A stretch of 64,000 nucleotides of DNA from Felis catus (taxonomy: Eukaryota). Position numbers and translations under genes: made by a program. Of the stretch, positions 24,861-37,438 are shown piece after piece. The stretch's first letter is position 1, and every line of letters starts with the position of its first letter. The notes beneath the pieces are model-generated. The model saw nothing but the letters and a program-made list of their open reading frames with translations. It did no database searches and had not been told where the DNA came from. The stretch lies in assembly GCF_018350175.1 (NCBI RefSeq), contig NC_058368.1, positions 121,336,001-121,400,000 on the forward strand. Reading direction: 5' to 3'.

Positions 24861-27356
24861 TTTCATTTAAAACTATTTTATATCTTTACAAGCATATAGA
24901 CTCTACCTGGCCTCAAGTAAGAGCAGGTGCCTCTGGTGGAAACTGGGTGGACAGATGGCAAATATATCAAAGGCATAGGTACTTTTGAATTTTGCATCAT
25001 GTGCAGGCAAACCTATTCAAAATATTCTCTTTTTTTTCCCTTTCTTTTCTTTTTTTCCTTCAAAGCACTGAGTTGGCTCCAAAGGAGAGAAGCCCTCCTT
25101 CCTGGAAATGATCAGAAAGCCAAACTTGTCAGGTTCTTCTCGCCAGGCATAATGCAGAGGAGATTTAACCAAGCAGGTGAGGGGCCAGACCAGCTGACTC
25201 CAACAGCCCTTCCAACTCAGAGGATTTATTATTCTTTCAATGAAGGGCAAGAAAGAAAGAATTGAGAATACAGGTTAAGATTCATTCATTGATGGAATGT
25301 CCGGGAAATAGTTCTTCGTGCCTCCTGTGGGCCAGGTGCTCTGCTGGGCACCGGAGTGGTAAGCGAGACAACAGTGGTCCCTGCCTTCAGGGAGTGTATG
25401 GTTTACCCAAGATACAGTTCAGGGACACAAATCCCAGGCTGAAGGCTTTTCAATGCCTTTTCCTCTTCTAGGGCACAAAAATCCTGGCCCTCTTCATTCT
25501 CCCCATCTTGGGCATCTGATGGTTACCAGTTGCACCAAGTTCTTTACCCCCTGGTGCTTATGGTGCCCTCCACAGGGAGGTTGCCTGAGTAGCTGCTTTC
25601 TTCCCATCTTTCAGGAATCAGCTTAAGTCAGTTCCTCGAAGAGGCCATCCTTGACCCCACTCCGCTATGGATTCCTTCCACAGCACCCTATTTAGTTCCT
25701 TCATGGCACTTATCACAACTGCCATGCTTTTGTTTATTGATTTACATGCTTATTGTCTATCTGCAAAACCATCTCCGTCTTATTCACTATTACATCTGTA
25801 ACACCCACCATCTGTCTGCACACAGGTAGGAGCTCAGTAAACAGGGGTTGAATGACAAACCAATGTTGATTACACCTTCTATATAAACCTTCTCTGGGGC
25901 AACATCACAAACATTCCCAACGCTGGGACACCTCACCTTCTACTCACAATGCCATTTAGCAGCCATGCATTTCCCCTCAACTTTATCTTCACAGCTGAGC
26001 TTTCAGAAACCCCATCTTCAAGAACGCAGAAGCACCCATTTGCCAATCGCAGCGCACTGCGAATTCACATAAAAGCACCAAGGTGGGGAGAGAGAGGCCA
26101 TTTAAAAAAAAAAAGTAATTGCAATAAAATGAAGAAGCAAAATGTCAAAAAGAAATGGAAATCATTGCTGTTCATAATGTACCCTTTGTCTAATGGAGGA
26201 CAAATTGTAGCAATAATTCTCAAAATTCAATGGAAAACTGTCCCAGGATGGGAATCTGGCAGGACAAGGTCATGGAAAGCAGCTCTCCTTTTTGTTCCCA
26301 AGTTTGTTAACTATTTTCACAGTGGTTTGCTCGAATCGGAATTCTGTGGATAAAGTAGCCCTTTTTAACAACGAAGAAAAGAAACCCAGGATGCATAGCC
26401 CTCTTACTCCACCCATGTCCTGGGAATCACAGTGCAGTGAACGAGGGTGGAAAGTGATATTATCTTTAAGTTTTCTTCTGAGACAGTCAGATTAGAGACA
26501 CACTGTGCAGTCATAAAATGGAGGCCCATCCAGGTTATAACAACTGGAACATAGAACATTCAAGAGCACCTTGTACTGTATATTCTGGGCCTCTTCTCCA
26601 CGGATCATGCCAAAATGTAAAGAATATTCTATTTCTCCGCATTTTCTCCCTTCTCACCTTGCCCCCAGAATGGGCTCTCAAACGAACAGGCTAGGACTCC
26701 TCAGGAGATCTAGTGCAGTTGGTTGGAACATTAATGAGCATGGAGAACAGAGCTAAGCAGTGAAGCAACATTTAAGGCAGAGGGGATGATGAGGATGGTC
26801 ATTGCTTTAGCCAACTTTTTAGGTGCTCTTGGGATTAAGTACAAATCATGGTGCAGCAGCCAGTTGAATCTCCTGACTCTACTCTTTGCTCCCAAAACAG
26901 CGGAGAATAGTAACAATTTACAGGAACGATAATATTAATACCTTAGATTCACTAAGTTCATTGGGTATTTGTTGGACATTTCCTGTTAACAGTAACCCGA
27001 CAATAATTTTGGGAAATTATCCCTTCATTACTGTGGGCAATACTGATGGGACTGCCCTTCCAAATGACCTAAACCCGGCAAATTCCACTCCATCTGATTC
27101 ATCAATTCTCAGACAGGAAATTTTTATCCCTTTTATTCTCAAAGGGATCAAAATGTTTGGAATTAACCAGACAGTCGGCTAGCTCCTGATAATGCAGGTT
27201 GTCTGTTCTGAGCTTAGTTTTTAGTTGATTTTTTTATTTTGTAAGCTACCCAAAGCCTTCTAATGAAGTCCAATGTTTGTGTATTAGTTTCCTAGCACTG
27301 CCATCACAAAATACCACAAACGGGGCCTCTTTAAGAGATAGAAATTATTCTCTCAT

Positions 27357-27543
27357 AAACTGATGGTTACTAGAGAAGGGGTGAGTGAGTGGGGAGATGA
27401 GTAAACTAGGTGATGGGGATTAAGGAATGCACTTGTGATGAGCACTGGGTGATGTATGGAATTGTTAGATCACTATATGATACACATGAAACTAATATTA
27501 CACTGTATGTTAACTCACTGGAATTTAAATAAAAATTTTAAAA
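27357..27543 (+). mobile_element. Carnivore L1 3' end fragment
   Basis: aaactgatggttac...gatgagcactgggtgatgtatgga...ctaatattacactgtatgttaact; TSD agaaattattctc. Confidence 0.85.
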
Positions 27544-27557
27544 AGAAATTATTCTCC

Positions 27558-27773
27558 AGGTGCCTGGGTGGCTCGGTCGGTTAATCGTCTGACTTTGGCT
27601 CAGGTCGTAATCTCGTGGTCCATGAGTTCAAGCTCCATGTCGGGCTCTGTGCTGACAGCTCAGATCCTGGAGCCTGCTTTGGATTCTGTGTCACCCTCTC
27701 TCTCTGCCTCTCCCCTGCTCATGCTCTGTCTCTCTCCTTCAAAAATAAATAAACATTAAAAAAAAATTTTTTT
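27558..27773 (+). mobile_element. Can-SINE
   Basis: Felid SINE consensus-like body. Confidence 0.92.
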
Positions 27774-29369
27774 AACTATTCTCACTGGAGAATTCTGGAG
27801 GCTGGAAGTATGAAATCAAGGTGTTAGCAGGATTAATTCTTTCCAGAAGTTCCTCCTCCAGGAGGAAGAGTCTGGTCCATGCCTCTCTCCAAGTTTTTGG
27901 TGATGCTAGCAATCTTTGGCATTCTTTGGCTTGGGAATGCATTACCCCAATCTCTGCCTCTGTTCTTCCCCTGGCTTTCTCTTCTGAGTGTTTGTGTCCA
28001 AATTTCCTGCTTCTTATGAGAACATCAGCCATTGGATTAGGTTCCACCCTAATCAACTATAACCTCTTTTTAACTAGACTACATTGCAGAGACCCTATTT
28101 CCAAATAAGGTCACATTCAGAAGCTGTAGGTAGACAAGAATTTTGAAAGCACTATTCAACGATAGCATGCGACCCAAAAAACTCTGATTCAGTTAAGTTC
28201 CAAGGCAGTGTTTATAAGTTCCAGACATTATGTTTTAATCTTAACTACAACCCCTGAGGTAAGCACCTTTATTATCCTCACTTTAGAGGTGGCAAATTCC
28301 AGAGAATTTGTTCAAGGCCAAATAGCCGGTAAGAGGCAGAGTTAAGATCTCTATCTGGCAAGGTCTATCTCATATAATCATGTTCTCCTCACCACTACAG
28401 TATATTTGAGGCTTTGTCCTACTAGAAAATGCACTGGTGGTCCCCCAACTACCACCTACAAGCTAGGAAAGGAAAATGGTCCACTTCCCAATTCAATGCT
28501 ATATCTCCACATGGCTATTCTGTCTTCTCTGTACCTCAGTACTGGGGGACAGCCAAAGTCAGAGTATCTGGAAGAGAACAAAGAAGAATGCTGAGAGAAT
28601 CAGAGAATGGCTGCCATTATTATCTGGTCAGAAGTCCACACAGATAGCAGAGGCAGGAAGAAGCCTGCTGAGCTCTGGGTCAGATGGACAAAGGAACAGG
28701 ATGGAGGGCAAGGTTTTGTACTGGGCAGTCTTTCCTCTGTGAGGCCCAGGCAGACGGTGAAGGGCTCAAGGCTGGATGACCAGAGCACCAAAACATGGTG
28801 GGAGAGCTTTGGTCTCAGCAAGACTCTCGGCTGAATAGGGATGTGGACCACGAAACGGCTGAGATCAATTGCTGATTGATCAACTCTGTGAGGCTTTAGA
28901 AACAAATTCAGACCTTCTCAGAAACCTGCAATGGGCACGGAAAGCCATATTCTTCCAAAATATTAGATCCAGGGTCTGTTGGATTTTCAACATTAGTAGC
29001 TAATGCTTATCCAACAAAGGGACCCCCACACACACCTCACCCCAACATATACAAGAAAGACCCTGTGACCGAGTTGCTCCCTAGGGCAAAGGTAGGACCT
29101 GGAAGGGAATGCTGACGTGTGGCACCAGAGACACATCAGAATGTCCTAAGATAAAAATGAAATCAATGTGCTTTGAACTTTCATTCCCAGAGGAAAATCA
29201 CATAGCTGGTGGACAGTGTTATTGGTACATCTTTATAGCTGAACAAGCATATGAAAATATTTCAGTCAACAAAGGGGGCTTCTTTTGTGATTATTCTTGT
29301 TCTTATAAGAGTACCACACATTCCTCATAGAAATACTAGTAAGGGATAAGCAAAAAAAAGGAAATAAAA

Positions 29370-29880
29370 ATGATTCATTAGCCTACCATCTGGAGACATG
29401 TCATAAACTTTTGTATTTGTATCCCGCCTGGCATTTTTCAAGTATGGCCCCCACCCTTCCACAAATGGTATCTATCATGCTTGGCTTTATAGTCTGCTTC
29501 TTAAACTTAAAAAATACCAAGACATCTTTCATCCCATTAAATGTTATTCTACGACATGACTTTTCATGGCTGTATAATAATTCCTTGTATGCATGCCCCC
29601 ATCAAATATTTTAGGTTGTTCCAGACTGTTGCTGGGATATCTGATGCCGCGAAATTTAATGTTGCTAAATCTTTGCACGTGGATTTATTTCCTTAGACTA
29701 AACGCCTAAAAATGTAATTACTGGGTCAAACACTATGTAACACTTGAGGTTCTTTTTATATGTATTGCTAAGCCATCCGGCAGGAAGGTTATACCAATTT
29801 AAACTCCCACCAGCAGCAGATGGGGGGGCCCACTAAGGCATCTTTGCCAACAGTGAATTTTGTCATTTAAAAAAAATCTC
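29370..29880 (-). mobile_element. Ancient L1ME-like fragment
   Basis: aattactgggtcaaa...ataccaatttaaactcccaccagcag. Confidence 0.55.
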
Positions 29881-30092
29881 TGAAGTCACCACTGACTCTA
29901 TAAAAGCATTCCCATCCCTGAAAAGCAGGATTTTTCCTGCCAATAAGTGCATATGAGTCACTAGAAGATCAGTCCAGTTATTCTAAAAACATTATATTTC
30001 TGTCCTTGTGCCTGACGTAGCTTTTGCACCCATCTGATGCCTGGGGAAAGAAAATAGTAAAGGAGAACTCAAAATGAACAGGAAAAACATAC

Positions 30093-30226
30093 AAATTCTC
30101 TTGTCCCTGCAGACACTGAAGAGGCCAGTGCTCCAGTCTCCACCTGTCTGGACAATCATGATTGTGGTCCTGCTGGTATCTCCCCAGACAGGCTGCTTCG
30201 TCACGGCCTGGGCTGGTGCATGGCTC
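30093..30226 (-). CDS. PLAC8L1: PLAC8-like 1 coding exon 2
   Basis: 134 nt, phase 2-1, ctctccag acceptor, gtatgt donor; (R)SHAPAQAVTKQPVWGDTSRTTIMIVQTGGDWSTGLFSVCRDKRI; WSTGLF starts the PLAC8 domain. Confidence 0.93.
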
Positions 30227-30848
30227 CTGGAGAGTCAAAATGGTGATTAACTTGAAAACAAAGATAATGGTTCAGAAGGATAACCATTAAGCCAAGACAG
30301 AGTGATAAAGAGGAGAAAGGGACCCAAGAATGCCAAGTGGTTCTTACTTCATAGCCCAAACTCCTCACCATGTACTCCCCTCCTACTTCATCACTCCTTC
30401 TCCACTGACTGTGCCCTATCTCTGTTAATGGCATGCTTATTCCAGATCCTGTCACTCCACCTTAATGCCCAGCCTATTTCCTCAGTGTTTCCTAATAGCT
30501 AAATTCACAATTTGGAACCAAGAGGCTTCAGTTCAAATCCCAGCATGCCACTTCCAGGAAAAGTGACCTTGGTGAAGTCGCTTAACCTGTTTCTGTTTAT
30601 CCAAATATGAGATAAAGAAAAATGACCTCATAGGGTTATTATGTCAAATGAAGGACATATAATTAGTTTGCTATGCCCAGAGAGTATGTAACAAGGTGAC
30701 CTGAGTGAGGCTACATACACCCCAAGGGTTTTGAGCCTTTGTTGAAGAAATTAATAAGGAATCAGACATGGAAATCGGGACTAGGCTATGGAAGTTGAAC
30801 ATGCAGTATCATTTAAGTGAACAACCAAGACTTCAGAAGACGTCTTGA

Positions 30849-31074
30849 GGGGCGCCTGGGTGGCTCAGTTGGTTAAGTGTCTGACTCTTGATTTCAGCTC
30901 AAGTCTGATCAGGTTCAACTCAGGTTCGTGAGTTCAAGCCCCACATGCGGTTCTATGCCGACAGCAAGGAGCCTGGCTGGGATTCTCTCCCTCCCTCTCT
31001 CTCTGTCCCTCCCCGGCTTGCTCTCTCTCTCAAAATATATAAATAAACTTAAAAACAATTTTAATAAAATAAAA
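30849..31074 (+). mobile_element. Can-SINE
   Basis: TSD agaaga(c/t)gtcttga at 30835-30848 and 31075-31088. Confidence 0.92.
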
Positions 31075-31217
31075 AGAAGATGTCTTGATATCAAAGTACT
31101 GTAAGATTGTCCTACTGGGCCCACAAAGTACAATTTGAGTTCGTTTTCACTGAAGGGAATAGATATTCTACTCTATCATTCTGAAGTAGGAAATATGGGC
31201 CCAGGGGATGGGCTTTA

Positions 31218-31287
31218 TTTTTTTTTTAATATGAAATTTATTGTCAAATTGGTTTCCATACAACACCCAGTGCTCATCCCAACAGGT
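31218..31287 (-). mobile_element. 70-bp young felid L1 3' tip
   Basis: poly-T + aatatgaaatttattgtcaaattggtttccatacaacacccagtgctcatccc; perfect 14-bp TSD ggggatgggcttta. Confidence 0.9.
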
Positions 31288-32691
31288 GGGGATGGGCTTT
31301 AAAAGTGAGGTGGAAAAACGTCTTTCTCTTTCTGGAGACAGTTTGACCTGAGCTCCTACCATGGGGATACCTGGGGCAAGCCCCACAGTGAAGGCTAAGT
31401 TGTACCTAGCCTTACAGAAGGGGCAGATGGAGAGGAGGGAGCCTGTACATGGTAGTAATTATTCTAGATTGTGCTTCCCTTTTGGCAAGCCTCATTAACA
31501 GTTTGTACCTGTCTCTGGTGTGCTGTGAAGAATTAAAGAGCCTGCCTCATCCTTGAGACAAAATAAACAAGAGAGCAGAATTTCTTCCCGTAACAGCTGT
31601 CGTTGCGGTACTAGTCACCAACGCTCAGCACCTGGGACCTAGAGCCTGGAGGCCAGAGTGGAACATTCCTGGGCACCCTTAAGGCAACACCCTCAGGGCA
31701 TCTTGGAAACAGCAGAAGGGCCCTCTGAGAATCTCTAAACTGGGGCAATAAATGCAACGGGGGTGCACTGTTCTTGTTAAGATCTATATCTCTGTTTCAT
31801 TCCACCAACGCTACCCACGTCCACACCTTCCCAAATCTGGTGTGCTTTTTAATAAGCACATGAGCTTGCTAAAAACACAAATGCCCAAGTCTCGCCCCAA
31901 GCCAACAGCACAGGTCTCCAGACATGAGGTACAGAAATCAGTACTCATAACAGAGTTGCCAGGCAATACGATGCAGTCTTCCTGACACCATCCTGAAACC
32001 TGATACAGGTGGATATGGAGATCACTGATGATCACTGATGACCGCAGGAACCTCTGAGTCTCCCACTAGGTGGGTGGTGATGTCAACGTAACAGAGATGG
32101 CAAGGAACACTGAATAGGAGGTAGGCTGGCAGGGAAGAGGACGGTTGGAACACAGCCAGTCTTCAGGGCCCTTGAGACATGAGCTGGGAGAGGCATGAGA
32201 GCCTGGAAGAGAGCTTAAGGTCAGGAGCTCCCTGGCTAGAAGCCCCTTTATCCCTTAGGTATTTATAGGCAATGCTTAGAGGCTAACACACTTTCCAAGA
32301 GCCTGCAAAAGTATTTGAGACCTGGAAAAAAATAGTGGCTCCAAAATATAAAAACTATAAGACAGACCGCAAAATTAGTTAATGCTCAACTAAACACAAA
32401 AATCTAGCATTATGCCGATCTCATTAACCGTCAAATTTACAAACCCACAAATATTTCATTACACTGAGAAACAATTTAGAATTCTCATTTTGCAGAAAAT
32501 CCCAAGTATGAATGATTACTAAGAAACAAGTGCCAATCATAAAATGAATTAATTACTGCTAGCCAAATAATTTCAGAAGTAATTATAAAAATCCTTTCAC
32601 TTACTGGACAACAACAAAAAAAATGTGGATGTGGATATAACCTATGGTATGAGTTACATTTTAAAACATTTTAATGATGTGGGTTAGGGCC

Positions 32692-33019
32692 TGTGGTATA
32701 TGAACTGTGTTCCCCCAAAGTCCTATGTTGAAGCCCTAGCCCCACTGTGACTGTTTGGAGAAGGCTTTTAGGAGGTAATTAAGATTCAGTGAGGAATAGG
32801 GGTGGGATCCTAGTCAGATAGAAGTGCCATGTCAAGAGCCCACGTTAAGTACCCAGCGAGAAGGATACAAGCCAGGTAGAGAGCCCTCCCCAGAAGCTGA
32901 GCTTGCTGGCACCTTACCCTTGGACTTCCTGTCTCCAGAACTGTGAGAAAATGCATCTCTGTCCACTAGACCACCCAGTCTATGGTATTGTGATATGGAA
33001 GCCCAAGCAGATTAAGACA
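32692..33019 (+). mobile_element. MLT1A-like MaLR solo LTR
   Basis: tg...gaactgtgttcccccaaagtcctatgttgaagccc...tggacttcctgtctccagaactgtgagaaa...attaagaca. Confidence 0.8.
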
Positions 33020-35195
33020 ACCATGAAGATTTCAAATTGGCCCCGAGGAAACCACCTTTATAATTAATTATTACTTCCTCCGTCTCCGTGTGAGCTCCTT
33101 GGGGTCAGCAGGGACATCCTGCTTTTCCATATAAGCCCAGAATCCAGCACACGACCTTGACACCTAAGGGCCATGTGGTTGGTTATTTGTTGAACTGGAC
33201 CAAACTGAATGCCCATGTCTCTTTGAGTCCTCCTCAAATCTAGTTATAAATCATGTGATCTTAACTGTGTTTCCTTCTCTAGCAAATGTACAACTCTCAG
33301 GTGTTGAAAGAGGAAATAAAAGCAGAGACTGGCCTAAGAGCTCCCCACATCCTTCTATACAGGCCAAGGCATTTATCTCTCAATGTGACGCTCACAACTT
33401 GGGGCTTCTGTCCTTATACTGGGAGCTTCCAATTATCTCTGATATTAGTAAAGGAATTTCATAGGCCTGAGCCTCTGGATTAGGTTTTTCCCTGAAACGA
33501 ACCATTTACAGCTTTCAGCCCTAGAAAACAATTTCTGCTTCCATCTCAGCATTCTGTGTGTAACAGCTTTTATGATGGCAAGGAAGGCTGTCCTCTATTC
33601 CAAATCAAACAGCAAAGAGAACAAGCACCTTCTCCGTGGTGGGGGAAAAAAAAGTTGTTTTTTGTGTGTTTGCCTAATTCTGAATTCAGCAAGTGTATTA
33701 CTGAGTGTCTTAATACCCTGAATCCTTGGTGATTTTAATATTAAAATGCTTGAATTGATATGCATTCACTAAAAAGTTACAGCTCAAGATTATAGCTCAT
33801 GTGTCATAATTAAAACAACAAGCATAGCTTCCCTTCACTGAGCACCTTCTATGTGCCAGGCACTTAGTAGGTACTTTAAAAACTGAATAATTAATCAGGG
33901 GCTGCTACAAGTATCAGACTAAAGCACCTACTGTAGCTTCCTGCACATCTCTGAGCTCCGCGCATATCCCGGGGAATCTTCGACTACCATTAAGAACAGG
34001 AAAGAGTTTGGAAACAAAAGATGAGGCCGATGGTCACAGAGCTTTGCTAAATCAGAGCAGCGGTCCATTTGCCATCAAATTGAGCAAGTTCTTTATTTAG
34101 TGGAAGAGGACAGGTTTTAGACCCAGGCACCCTAAAATTCAAATGTGGCTCAGCTGCTTTCTAGTTGTTTGACCTCAGAAAACATACCCTGTCAGAGCCC
34201 TCAGCTCTGGCCTGTCTTCCATAAAACTGGATTAAAAACATCTCACCTCCCCAGTTGCCTGGAGGATGAAACAAGATCAGGCACTTGGCACATAGTAGAC
34301 ATGCAGTTGATGGCGGTTGTTGTTATTGTCACTTAGTGATCCTGCACTTAGCCGAGGGCATTCTGTACCCTTTTCTGAGAAACAACAGAGGGAAGAGAAC
34401 TGGGGCAGTTTCCCAGGTGTCATGTGTGCTGCCCAAATACCTAAAACTTCAGCCACGGTGACCCATCATCCCAGTTTTCCCAGGATGGAGAACTTCCAGT
34501 GCGAACCTCAGGACAGTCCCAGGAGAAGCAAGCAGTGAGGTCACCCTAAGAGACAGAAGCAGAGGGAGGCTTCATCTGGTGGGAGGCAGGACACTGACTC
34601 AAGTCATTCCAGTTCTCTGCTCCTACTGAAGGTGCACACCCTTCCCCCTTTCTGACCTCACTCTGTCCTTCTCCTCTTCTCGAAGCAGAATGCATTCCCC
34701 AGGCCATGGCCCCACTTGCCTGGTGCTTCTGCCTGAAGGGGGTTTCCTGTCACTCTCTCTCTCCCTTGATGAAACTTGCAATTCTAAGGTTTCATTCCAC
34801 CTTCCATTCAGGCCTCCTTGATTACTTCAAATTTAACTGAAGCCAAAGCCCTCGAGTTTTTATTTCAAAAGGGTACAAATTACTAGCAGCCACCAGAAAT
34901 AAAGTTTCACTTGGTCGGGGTTCGACACTGTAACTTAAGGGTAAAGAGACACTCTTTCACCCAAGCCAGCCCTTCTCTTTTCACTAGCCAAGCGCGGCCT
35001 GAAGGAACTCATCAGTTGTCCCTTTTCAAGTACCCATAGAAAAGGATAGCAACTACTTTCTTCTCAAGCCCAGTTTTCTTCTCTCTGGATCCTTATAAGA
35101 AGAGACTGATTGTTAAAGAGATTGAGAGAGAGAGAGATTTGACATGCTACCCAAAGAGAAAAACCTGGAGAAAAGGGTATCACCAAACTCTCTAC

Positions 35196-35320
35196 CTCGT
35201 GCTGGAAATAAAATGTTGCTCATCTTCGGATGATCTGAGTGAAAGCAACAGAGGTGAGTGTATGTTGAGTAAGGAAACATCCTCAGGAAATCTAGAGAAG
35301 TAATTTCCAAAACAGTTCAT
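35196..35320 (-). CDS. PLAC8L1: PLAC8-like 1 coding exon 1
   Basis: ATG at 35320 (actATG, A at -3); MNCFGNYFSRFPEDVSLLNIHSPLLLSLRSSEDEQHFISST + AG, donor gtagag; 125 nt; resembles recalled human PLAC8L1 N-terminus. Confidence 0.88.
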
Positions 35321-36138
35321 AGTGGGGTGTTTTCCTGTCACCAGGATTAACCTTCTCCCCTTGACAATAGGCTGATTCCAAACGTAGACTTAATCCAAAG
35401 TGAAACATCCCTTCTAAAGAATGTTGCATTGATATTCTGGAACCTGAGGTCATAGCACTGTAACAACAGACATCTTATTTCTTTAAAGACAGGTACACAT
35501 CTAACTGGACATGTCCACGTTCAGGGTATTTAAGAGTCTCCGAAGTAAGCCTCTGAGACATGCCTTATGGAGGTGTGGACCCCAGCAATGCTGGGGAAAT
35601 GTCCAGAGAGAAAAGAAAATTAGAAAAAAGTGCAGTTGAGGGAAAAGGTCTACAATCATAGTTCAGCGTTACATTAGAAAGACAACAGGAGGGAATTGCC
35701 AGCTCTGCTATATACCCTTCTCATCAAACCCATGGAGAATGACTGTTGCAGGTTCTGAATTTCAAAGCATTTGTTAAGCAGGGTTGTGAGGCAAAGCCTA
35801 TATAACACCTCCCAAATCAAGATGCTGCAGAGACAGCTTCCTACTCGCCTTCACTCACTGAGTTCTGGGCAACTCTGTCTCCTGATCTGGAAGGATGCAT
35901 CCTCCACGAAGGACAGCCGCGCTTCTTCTGCTAACCACTCCACTCTAAATGCTTAACACAGTGTCTGCAACATAATAAGCATTCAATAATTTGTTGAATA
36001 AATGTGTTATACATGAAAATTAAAGTTTGTAAGGATAGAAATTAATGGGTGATTACTAGCTTTGCGAAAAAAGACTTACAATAAGGTTCCTTTAAACAGT
36101 GAACAACCATTGTACATGTAAGCTGATTCCATATTTTA

Positions 36139-36352
36139 TACTTAAAAAAATTTTTTAATGTTTATTTATTTTTGAGAAACAGAGAGACAGAGCATGAGCG
36201 GGGCAGAGAGAGAGGGGGACACAGAATCTGAAGCAGGCTCCAGGCTCCAAGCTGTCAGCAAGGAGCCCGACACGGGACTCGAACCCACAAGCCGTGAGAT
36301 CATGGCCTGAGCCTAACTCAGATGTTTAACCAACTGAGCCACCCAGGTGTCC
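36139..36352 (-). mobile_element. Can-SINE
   Basis: 16-bp TSD ctgattccatatttta at 36123-36138 and 36353-36368. Confidence 0.93.
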
Positions 36353-36381
36353 CTGATTCCATATTTTAAAATTTCACTTGT

Positions 36382-36820
36382 CCATTCATCAGTTGATGGA
36401 CATTTAGGCTCTTTCCATAATTTGGCTACAGTTGAAAGTGCTGCTATAAACATTGGGGTACATGTGCCTGCAATGAGAAAGAATGAAATCACGCCATTTG
36501 TAGCAATATGGATGGAACTGGAGGGTGTTATGCTAAGTGAAATAAGTCAGTCAGAGGAAGACAGATACCATATGTTTTCACTCATCTGTGGATCTTGAGA
36601 AACTTAACAGTAGACCAGAGGAGAAGGGGAAGGCGGAAAAAAAGTTACAGAGAGGGAGGGAGGCAAACCATAAGAGACTCTTAAATACAGAGAACAAACT
36701 GAGGGTGGATGGGGCCTGGGGAAGACAGGAACGTGGGTGATGGGCATTGAGGAGGGCACCTGTTGGGATGAGCACTGGGTGTTGTATGTAAGCCAATTTG
36801 ACAATAAATTATATTAAAGA
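36382..36820 (+). mobile_element. 5'-inverted (twin-primed) truncated felid L1
   Basis: Antisense ORF2 piece 36382-36468 joined to a sense 3' end; TSD aaaatttcacttgt at 36368-36381 and 36821-36834. Confidence 0.9.
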
Positions 36821-37438
36821 AAAATTTCACTTGTACCTAACTTTTCTAATCAAACATCGATTATATGAAGTGACTAATCCACATGCCACATAACTGGTTC
36901 ACCAAAAAATAAAATGAAAAAAAGAAAAAGGAGGGTTCTTTACAGAAGAATGACAACTGTTTATGAAAAAGAAATAATAGCATTTAAAAAATCACCATTT
37001 TGAACAGCTTCTAACATAACTTATTCAGGAAAGGATCTTCAAGGGGTACTAAAACCACTAGGTAAAAAAGAATGGAAACAGGATGTTCCCAAGGTGCCAA
37101 AATATCACTCCACAGATTTCTAATTGCAAAAGAAAATAACATATCTTAACACTGGAGAGTTCCAGAAATACTCAAAATCTATCTTTAAAATGGAAAGTTC
37201 TGAGTGTTGCTATTTTTTTTTTTAGTATGATTACAACAAAAATTCTGGAAGTGATTTAAAATATATATACCTTTAAAATGGAAAGTTCTGAAAGTTATCA
37301 AAATGTGTCTTTATAATGGAGAGTTTGGAAAAATACCAAATTTAGTATTACTAAGAGTGGAACAAGCTCATCCTATGTACCACTTGATATGATGCAATAT
37401 GATGTAATGTTTACCCTAAATTTCATCAAGTTACTAGA

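Larger units (their letters stand above)
27280..28165 (-). mobile_element. MLT1-family LTR interrupted by an L1 fragment and a SINE
   Basis: tgtattagtttcctagcactgccatcacaaaataccacaaa...ttctggaggctggaagtatgaaatcaaggtgttagcagg...gaccctatttccaaataaggtcacattc. Confidence 0.8.

Noticed and set aside
33899..34100. Stop-free + strand frame with several CpGs in PLAC8L1 intron 1
   Set aside because: No start codon, no recognisable homology, and no poly-A/TSD to support a processed pseudogene
34910..34935. ggttcgaca resembling a tRNA T-loop/B box
   Set aside because: No cloverleaf or A box, and the B-box match is incomplete
37143..37335. Repeat-spacer pattern superficially like a CRISPR array
   Set aside because: Eukaryotic DNA, degenerate repeats, irregular spacers, no cas genes; likely L1-derived
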